The notes beneath the pieces were generated by a model, which saw only the letters and a list, made by a program, of their open reading frames with translations, did no database searches and was not told where the DNA came from. DNA of 64,000 nucleotides from Psilocybe cubensis. Taxonomy: Eukaryota. Shown in pieces: positions 55,461-64,000 of this stretch; position 1 is the first letter of the stretch; each line of letters starts with the position of its first letter. The stretch covers positions 186,001-250,000 of the forward strand of contig CM038998.1 in NCBI GenBank assembly GCA_017499595.2, given 5' to 3'. A program made the position numbers and the translations under genes.

Positions 55461-55943
55461 TATTGTTGAGTACAAGCAACTGGGTAGTTCAAATGGCGAT
55501 TGATGCGTATTCGGTTCTCATAGCACTTTTATTCCTTCATATGTGACCGTTTTAATCGAAAGTCGTGTTGACATCGTGTTTTTCCTGGATCTTTTTCACT
55601 CAAGGCGGAGATTTTTCAAAAGTTATCCAGTGAAAATTGATCAATGAAACTGCATTGAAATCGACGATTCCAACAGATTACCTTTGAAAATGATTGTCGA
55701 TCGGTTAGGTGATAACTTGAACAGCTTCTGAAGTAATCCGTCGCCGAAATAGTGCCAAGCCATCCTGGTAAATTGTCACAATGTCCGTGTGCTGTTTATA
55801 GACCAGGTGGATGCGAATCATGCGGTCAGTTAACAAGTTGGTAGATTCTCCTCATAATATAATTGACAATCACTGGCACTCTATATAACTTCAGAGAGCA
55901 TATCCAGGGAGACAACCATTGAGTGTACCCGTCTTTCAACACC

Positions 55944-57752
55944 ATGAGCTCTTTGCGCATATTCTACGGAAGCTCCCACGTACAGCTGAATGGTATCGTC
56001 ACCACGCATGGATCGAACCCTGCCTATTCTCTCAAGCTGTCACCGGACGGCCGGTTTTTGGCGATAGGAAACGATGTCGGCTTACTCGAAGTATGTGACT
56101 TTGTGGCCGTACTTTTGTCTGGTATCACTGATGCCGTCTAATAGATTTACGCTCACCGAACTGAATCATCTTGGGGCCGGATTTGCATGTATGAGAGCGG
56201 AGCACCAATACGTGCTCTTGTATGGCATCCTGTACAACCAGCCACAATCTTCTGTGGATCAGCAAACGGGTGCTTGCATAGAATCACTATCATACCAAAC
56301 GGTGTAAGATTTTTTCATTTGTTGAGGTTTTTTCACTGATTTGATGCTGTGGTACAGATCAACAATGTAGACACGGCAGAGATCTCGGGATATATACACC
56401 TTCTGCAGTTCAGCCCAGATGGTGGAAGTCTTGCTATTGGCCATGGACAGTCGCTTTCCATTGTTAAGGACCCTTTTATGTGTAAGATACCTTTATTTTT
56501 GTTCAATGACGCCACTCAAATATCTTAATAGTCTCAGACGATCTCGGGACATTGGAAAAATTAAATCTGCCATTGCAGAGCGATATTCAAAACTTCACCG
56601 AATATCAGCTTGCGCGTGGTGTGTTTTTTGCTTCCAAACGAATAGTTATTGTCACATTTTTAGGACGAAAGGGGATCATGTATGTTTTCCTAATATTTCT
56701 ACGAGTGATCGAAGTTGAATATGTTAAACAGGGCATTCAGCCTGAGGGACTTCAACCCGAAGTGGTCCATACAATTGAGGGACAATACTTTGTGGGTGCT
56801 GTTTATCTCATTGGTTGACGGTGTGTACTAACGCTACTTAATACTATTAGCTTGGGCTCAGCTGCAATCTCTCCCTCTGGAGAGCGCTTGGCTGTCATGA
56901 ATCTTACCGATGGAATTGACTTTTATTCCACTACCCATCGGCGTCTACTCAGTACAACACGCTATGGCCTCTCGACGAGAAACCCTCCGCGAAATCTGAT
57001 TGTTGATATTATTTTTATTGACGAGGATACAGTTGCCTTTGGCCATTCTGATGGGTACGTAGCATTTGCGACATTCGGAATTGGGGAGATATCCAGAACC
57101 TTTAGCATTGACGGGCATCGTTTCAGAGGTTAGTACAATTGTGTTGAAAGTTTGGATACCTACACATGCTGATTGTGTCTACAGCCCCAATTCAAACAAT
57201 AACATTTGGCTTTGTGGAACGCCGACCATTTGTCTTTGCTATTGTTCACCCCTTCGATCCGTGGATTCCTTCGCGCGACCCTCGTGCTATTAATATCCAT
57301 ATCGGGCTCATAGATAACGAGGGAGAATCGGGCATTGGGTCAGATGTACTAGTAAGTGCATTGGTATCCCTTGACGCAGCCCGGTCCATTACTGACTCAC
57401 TGTTTTACTAGCCTATGAGCCCGCAGTTCATCCAGTGGATTCGACGTCCAGTGCCAATATCCTTCACTTGACACCTACTCAAGCAATCATCCTAATTCTT
57501 GTTACAATTGGAACAACAATTTACGGCCAAGCCCAGCTTGAGTGGCAAACATCGACTTCCAGCTCAGTAGCGATGATTTCAACAGTCTTGGATCCTACCG
57601 AAACAACCCAGATTACTTCATCCTCTACCGCCCTTATGGGATCGCCGCCAACTTCTCCCGGTCATTCTTTGTACGCGTTCACACTATCCGGTATAGTCAC
57701 AGGTTCTGGAGCCCTCGCGCTACCTGCTACTAGAACCGATGGTGTACAGTAA
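55944..57752 (+). CDS. WD40-repeat-like protein with a hydrophobic segment near the C-terminus
   Basis: SLKLSPDGRFLAIGNDVG, IRALVWHP, LQFSPDGGSLAIG, AAISPSGERLAV, VAFGHSDGYV; AIILILVTIGTTIY. Confidence 0.7.
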
Positions 57753-57902
57753 TATCTAGATTGATGTAGAACCTCTTCCTTTGTCAATTATATTTTTCCC
57801 TTCAATGTCCACACTGTTTGTTGTCATACTGCTCTTGGTCAGCGGTTTCTGGCAGTATATAAAGGGCAGTGAATAACGATTGCTTTATTAATACGTGTTA
57901 TC

Positions 57903-59843
57903 ATGGCTACCTTTCCCGAACTCGTCGACGATTTCTTAATCTCCCTCGCAGAACTCCCTCTAGATGCCAGTCGGGAGGATGTAAATGTCGCACTTTTCGA
58001 TTGCTTTCGATCTGAGCAACAGCTGCGCCATTGGTTTGCGCAGTTCCGGCAGCACCCAAAGCTCACTGCAGACCCTTATTTAGGTCTGATTGATATTTTT
58101 GAGCTCCACGACAATGTCCTTCGATCCCGCCCACGCTCAGAGACGGAAGCTGTCTATGTTTGGTCATTTTCCGACGGGAGTACTGAGGAATTTCCGACCC
58201 GCCATCTTCTGCCACTGGGTCCCGACATGCTGAGGCCCCGTGGTAGCCGTGCTATTGTTCCAACACTCGAAATGTTTCAAAGAAACTTTGAAGTCTTTAC
58301 TCATGGCGCCTTATCAAGATTACCTAACTGGGACAATATGGCTGTAGCTGGGGGTTCGGTTTTGGGCTGTTTATCACCTCCTCTGAGCTCTTCTACCACC
58401 AATTTTGAATTAAATGAGCTATATCAGTCATCCGCTTACCAAGGCTCCGACATTGACCTGTTCCTGTACGGGATCACTCACAGCGAGGTTTGTCTACATC
58501 GTTTGCCTTGAAACACATAATTTGATTTGTTATCTATTCTTGGTGTCAGGCTCTTCAAAAAATGGAGGAGATATACAATTCCATCCGACGCACCCTTCCT
58601 TTTCACATGACTTGCGTTCGGCGAGCAAATACTATAACCATCTACAGTACGTTTTTCGCCCATTTGTCTTTGAATGGGTTTATTAACACCTTCCAAGCTA
58701 CATGGCCAATACGTCCTATACAAATCATAATGCGGCTTTATGTTTCCCCCTCCGAAATCCTAGCAGGTTTTGATGTGGATAGCTCATGTTGCTTATACAA
58801 CGGTAACTCCAAAACTCATTATGACAAATACCACAACAATCTGATATAAAGAATCGTAGGTCAAAAGGTCTATGTCAATCCACGGGCGCTTGTAGCAATT
58901 GTGTGCCAATCTAATACAATAAACATGACCCGACGGTCACCTTCGTATGAAATCCGATTGTTGAAGTACAATCTCCGTGGGTTTGAGGTTTACTGGCCAA
59001 GACTACGTCGCGAGATAGTTGATTGGGATACAGTGATTATTTACTTATATTCTCATAATAATGCGTTTACCCAATTCTTCACCCAGATCTATGATCCAGA
59101 CCTTCCCAGCTATCCGCAGGGCCTCTCACTTCTCTTAGTTGGTGAGCTAGAGATTAAAAGGCCTGCACACTACGTCAATCTTCATCAGAAGGCTCCCAGA
59201 GTTCCAAGGTCAAGACGTCTACCTGGGCCTGTTACTATACAGACGGCGGATTTGAAGGAGCTACTTTATTCTAATAATTATGAATATTTCCGGGTGCCAT
59301 ACTTTGAAGGAATTAACGCTCTCAAAATTCACCAGATGGTTCAAAGTTTTGTAAGTTTTATGACCGTGTATCGCTCGTTTGTTTGTGTCTCACTATCTGC
59401 TATACAGGACAAAAAAGCGAATTCGAAATACAACAAGGCCAACGAACATCGAAATTTACACAGACATGCCGTGTTCAGCAGAAATATGATGGAATGCTTG
59501 GGCGATTTCTGTGTGGTACATCCCATTCTCTAATCAAAAATATTGAGTCTGATTTCAATGTCAACAGAACTGTCCTAGTCCTCAAAATGCCGACGAAGAG
59601 AGGATGATACAGAACGAAGTGATGTATATCCGCGGACCAGCACGGTAACAATTTAATTGGTCAGATTGTGATTTACCCAAGTAACATTTACTCTTCAGGT
59701 TCATTGAGTCCGACCCAGGACGACAGATGATAGGAAGCTTTAATCCAATCACTATCGACGACTGGACGGAGGGGGCGTACAGGGTTGCACACGAGTTGTC
59801 CCAGGCTAGCGAGGAAGATGTTCCAATGGAGGAGTCTAACTAA
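57903..59843 (+). CDS. Pol-beta-superfamily nucleotidyltransferase-like protein (domain usually found in fungal ankyrin-repeat proteins)
   Basis: NMAVAGGSVL..SDIDLFLYG, QIIMRLY.SPSEILAGFDVD, RRSPSYEIRLLKY..RGFEV, C-terminal FIESDPGRQMIGSFNPITIDDWTEGAY. Confidence 0.75.
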
Positions 59844-60658
59844 CTAAAAACAGTCCAGAAGATAAGATTTAATAACATGAATTTTTGTTGTGAACGCGCT
59901 GCCTATTATGGACGAGCCCAGCGTGATTTTTACATGCACAACGGAGTTCTGGGATGGTACTAAATTAACTGTGTATCACTAAGCAAGCCAAGCGACTTTG
60001 AAATTCCCAAGTGCATGTCGGAAACTCCCCAGGTGCATGATCAGGCCGATAATGCCGTTGATGCTAAATTTGTATGATAATGCCTGATCAGAATTGTAGT
60101 CGCATGATCATTAAGCACCAACGTGATCAGGTAGGCCATGATCAGGCAACAAACACCTGATAAGATGCATTAGACAAGATTAGGCGACCCGTAAAATGAG
60201 AAGAGTCAAACATGATCAAAAGAAGATAGGAGCATTGTTTGCCTTTATCGCGTACCTTTAAACCAGATTTGTAATTGGAGAGTGTTAATTAGGAGGATGC
60301 ACTTACCGGGATTCGAACGCATTACCTTGAAAGTCGTTGTATACACACTGCTTACCTTTATAACCACTGAGCCATTTCGCTGGACAGTAAACTGTTAAGA
60401 AAGGTTAACTCGTACCTTCGTCAACATTTGACTCTTGAAGGTGTCACTCTTTGCCTCGCAAGTCGGATGCGCCTTGCAAATCGGATACACCTCACAAATC
60501 AAATATGCCTCACATATCGGATTAGATCAACTTTTGCTTTTACAGTAACCACAATTTTCAAGGGACTAATAGCAGTCAGATAATGACAGTAAGTTCAATT
60601 TAAAATTCACACTGGATGTCATTACTAATATTATCAACGGGACATCGACAGTAATAAG

Positions 60659-62978
60659 TTATTTCCGTCCTCTTTTTCCAGAACCCCGGGACCGTGTTGA
60701 AGACTTTCCACCTCGTTGTGTGCCTGGGTCATGATTGGTGGGAGAGGAATTATTGGCATTGTCATCGGAATGATGGGAGGTATGGATTGTGTGAAAAGAA
60801 TTCTGGGCTGGAAATCTTTCTTCCACGGCTAGACGAGATGCTATAGCTCTAGATTCGGTGCGTGTTAACCGTTTTGTCAATGTTGCAACGGGTTCTGATG
60901 GATTGGCTTGAGAAGGCAGGGATTCTGTCAAGGGGTCGTCGGCAAGTGTCAATGGACTGTTCTGCATAGCATTGATAATCGTCGGGTTGACATTGATATC
61001 AGAATCTAATAAAGTTAGATTGTTGCAAGGCTGTTCATCAATGAGTGGATGTGCATCGTCGTGATGTGTTTCTTCCTCAAAGTTATCGAAGTACTCTGCT
61101 TCTGTAGTCCTATGGATAGGAACAAGTACTATAAGCCGGATAAATTAGTGCAGTATTAACAAACATAATCACAAAAAATAATGATAGAACCCCAGTTAAA
61201 TTTATGACTTACACGCGCGTGTATTTTGACCTTCAATGTCGTTGTTTGCATCCTCCGTTTCATCAAAATCCTCTCCATCAAATGTGTCAGAATGTGAAGA
61301 CACAGCAAATTCAGATTCTGCTTCAAGACGCAGACGCTCCATGTCTCGCTCAATTTCGGCAGCTTGATCTAACTCAATAACCTCTCCATCCCCGTCCTGT
61401 CCGGATTGTCCATGTGCCGAAATATTGACAGCAAATACTTCACTGTCCCACTCTTTGAGAAGTCGAACAACATACGCTGTAGTTGCCGGATTTGCATGAA
61501 GTTGGGTGAGGTACATTTTGTAATAATTGATTTCGGCATTGTAGTCAATTTTTGTATCGGGTCCAATTCCTGATCCGCCAAAGGATTTGTCGCTAGATAA
61601 AATATATCTGCACTGATAATAGATGAACGTATATAACAAATAAGGTAGATGGTCTAACAACTTACAAATCCGCAAATATTTGCAATTAAACCAAATGTTG
61701 TCTTTGCAGGCTTGTCCGACCCTAGATAAAAGCTTGAGGCCCGAGAAACAGCATTGTCCTTGTCCATAGCGGATGTCTTTCCAAAAAGCGTAGCACGAGC
61801 AGTCTACAACGTGCCCCCATAGTTAGTGTGAGCCTGGTAATTAAAAAGCATAAGTAAATAAGTGTTCATACCATATATAAAGACTCGTTTCGAAATCTAT
61901 GGTCAACACGCGAAGTATCACCATTTTTACACAAAATAGGTGGAAAGCGAGCATAAGCCTTTTCGGGTGAGGCCTTTCCTGCTTCCGAGTTAGCAAATGC
62001 GACATCAAATCCCAAAAGCTTCTGAATTTCCGGCATCTTGATTCGTTGGGATGTAAATTTGGGATCAAAGTAATGTGTCGGAAGGCCAAAAATACTGGCT
62101 GCACAAGACATTCGAAGCATCGATAATGAAGTGGACCGACCAGCACTGAGTCCTTCCCTGAACTGTCAATGTAATTTGCAACCATTCAACAAAATATTAG
62201 CATTCTATTGACAGCTTGTTTAATTTAAAATATCAATGACTTACCAATCGGAGAAATGTTTTACCCTTTGAGCTAGACGCCAACCGCATAATTGGATGAT
62301 ACTTGGAGGGAATGTGCTCGTAAAGCTCTAGAGTTGCTCCAATAGCCTCATTAGCTGGCGATTTGTAACGCTCAATGCTGTCCAAGGCAAATGATGCAGT
62401 AGGTAATGTTGGAGAAAACATGGCAGGTGTAACAAAGAGATTGTAAAAAAGTCCAAAATACCGCCCCCATTTTTTAACGTCCAGTGCCATATCTGTAACA
62501 GCAGGGTCTACTTCGGATGAAATTGGGTCTACAACAGTGCCTGGAATACTTGCATTTTTAGCATTCTGCACACGCTTTGGTTGACGTGTGAGCTGGAGCT
62601 TTAGATCTGCAACCTCCGCTTTAAGCTGTGAGTTTGCAGTCTGTAGAGACGAGTAGTCCTTTTGCAGTGTACAGTAGGCCTAGAATATGTCAAAATAATT
62701 CATTTTCTGTTATAACATACAGAAATGCGAATGAACCACACCTTATAGAGCTGTGTCATGTCTAGAAATTGGGGAACAGCAAAAGATTCTGAAGGATTAT
62801 TTGGTGGCAAGGAAGCGCTGGAAGAAGAGGTATCTAGTGAGAATAATGTTCCTGGATCTGCAGCAAGTCCTGGCATTGAATCCACAATAAGAGGAGGAGT
62901 GCTAGTGCGTGATAGCATTGGGTTACTGCCAGATATACTTCTAGCAGAGCTTGGACCTTGGATACGACGACGGGCCAT
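60659..62978 (-). CDS. Hypothetical protein, DUF6698-like, multi-exon
   Basis: Coiled-coil exon, WGRYFGLFYNLFV, FPPILC..FRNESL, RYILSSDKSF..GIGPDTKIDY..YYKMYL..LLKEWDSEVF, acidic tail. Family assignment is from memory. Confidence 0.55.
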
Positions 62979-63696
62979 TGCTTTAATGTAGGTAGATTAT
63001 GTCTACATAGACCTTTGGCTTGTTTTTTTATAAGAATCTCCCTTCTGCCTGCTTCCAAATTAACTAATAAACAATGTCTTCTATCTACTGATAACAAGGT
63101 AGATGTGAAAGTATTGTATTTTAGGCATCATTTTTCTTATAATTCATTGACATAGAATAGTCTGAGACTCATGCTGCTTGGAAGCGCATGCAATATGATT
63201 AGCAGATAAGCCTGTTGTAGCCACATGCCACTTTGATCAATGCACCCGGTTGATGGTAAAGGGATTCTCAATTTATTAATTCATCGCTAATGCACATGAA
63301 ATTACACTGATACCACATGAGCAACTATCTATTGAGACCTCCACCTGATATGTGAGTGCATTCTAACATGATGGAGTGCTATTCTATACTACAAATTAAT
63401 TGTATCTATGTTTAAGTCGTTGAATTTAGCCATGCCGCTCTCCAAACGCCTGTTACCATGTGCGATTGATTTGTTCTAAGTCAACTTTCTCACGGCTGTG
63501 AACTTTCTCACGATGTCGCATTCTTCTTTACTTGCATTTTAGGATGTGCCGATGTGTTACCGTTGGGCCGAAATTAAGTCTTTTAGTTTGATATGCCTAA
63601 GTATATATGAAAGCGCAGCAGTTCTTAAGAAAATACCTTTATTTTGGGTGACTGAGTACAAAGACAAGTACAATTAATAGCAAGGCTAACAGTATA

Positions 63697-63972
63697 TTAC
63701 ACATTTGCATGATTAATCAATTCTACATGACCTAAATCTGGATTTAAGCGCTCCCACATATCCTGATCAATGAGATCATTGACCAAAAATTCTAATCCAG
63801 TGACATCTGTGCTGTGATTTTTGGATAAAAGTGCACCCCAAATGATTGTATCAGCATGTATAAAAACAGCTGATGATCTTGGCCGAGACCGAACCCTGAT
63901 TAATCCCAAGTCTATGTCGCGTCGGCGAGCCAATAAGGATCGGGGAACGTCCATAGGCAAGGCTAGTGCCAT
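63697..63972 (-). CDS. Hypothetical protein exon, probably continuing beyond the window
   Basis: Coding-like 91-aa ORF at the window edge. Confidence 0.3.
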   Translation of the reverse strand: MALALPMDVPRSLLARRRDIDLGLIRVRSRPRSSAVFIHADTIIWGALLSKNHSTDVTGLEFLVNDLIDQDMWERLNPDLGHVELINHANV

Positions 63973-64000
63973 ATAATATGTTTGATTATGTAGCTCAATA

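Noticed and set aside
60453-60522. CRISPR-like array
   Set aside because: Eukaryotic context, degenerate tandem units with no spacers and no cas genes

Overview
Intron-rich fungal DNA, most likely an agaricomycete (short ~50-nt GT-AG introns, DUF6534 micro-exon genes, CBM1-CE16 and WSC genes). The clearest structure is an apparently intact 7.8-kb DNA transposon of AcademH type at 20803-28612. It has TAG...CTA termini, a perfect 9-bp target-site duplication (GAAGTGAGG), and divergent genes for a DUF6589/Academ-like transposase and a RecQ-like helicase. Each terminus carries a different stem-loop inside the TIR, and a second inverted-repeat set lies between the two promoters. Host genes include a P-loop GTPase, two tandem DUF6534 membrane proteins, a GST, an F-box-like protein, a CBM1-CE16 esterase with degenerate catalytic motifs, a single-pass membrane protein, a microsatellite-laden class 3 ALDH, three WSC-domain genes, tRNA-Val(AAC), ribosomal protein uL1, and two intronless genes with 'F-x-GG-x-F'-type amyloid-like motifs. 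From about 52 kb to the end is an accessory-looking cluster (WD40 protein, Pol-beta-type NTase-like protein, DUF6698-like protein, a Pol III A/B-box relic). Exon boundaries were read by eye and family names come from recalled motifs, not database searches.
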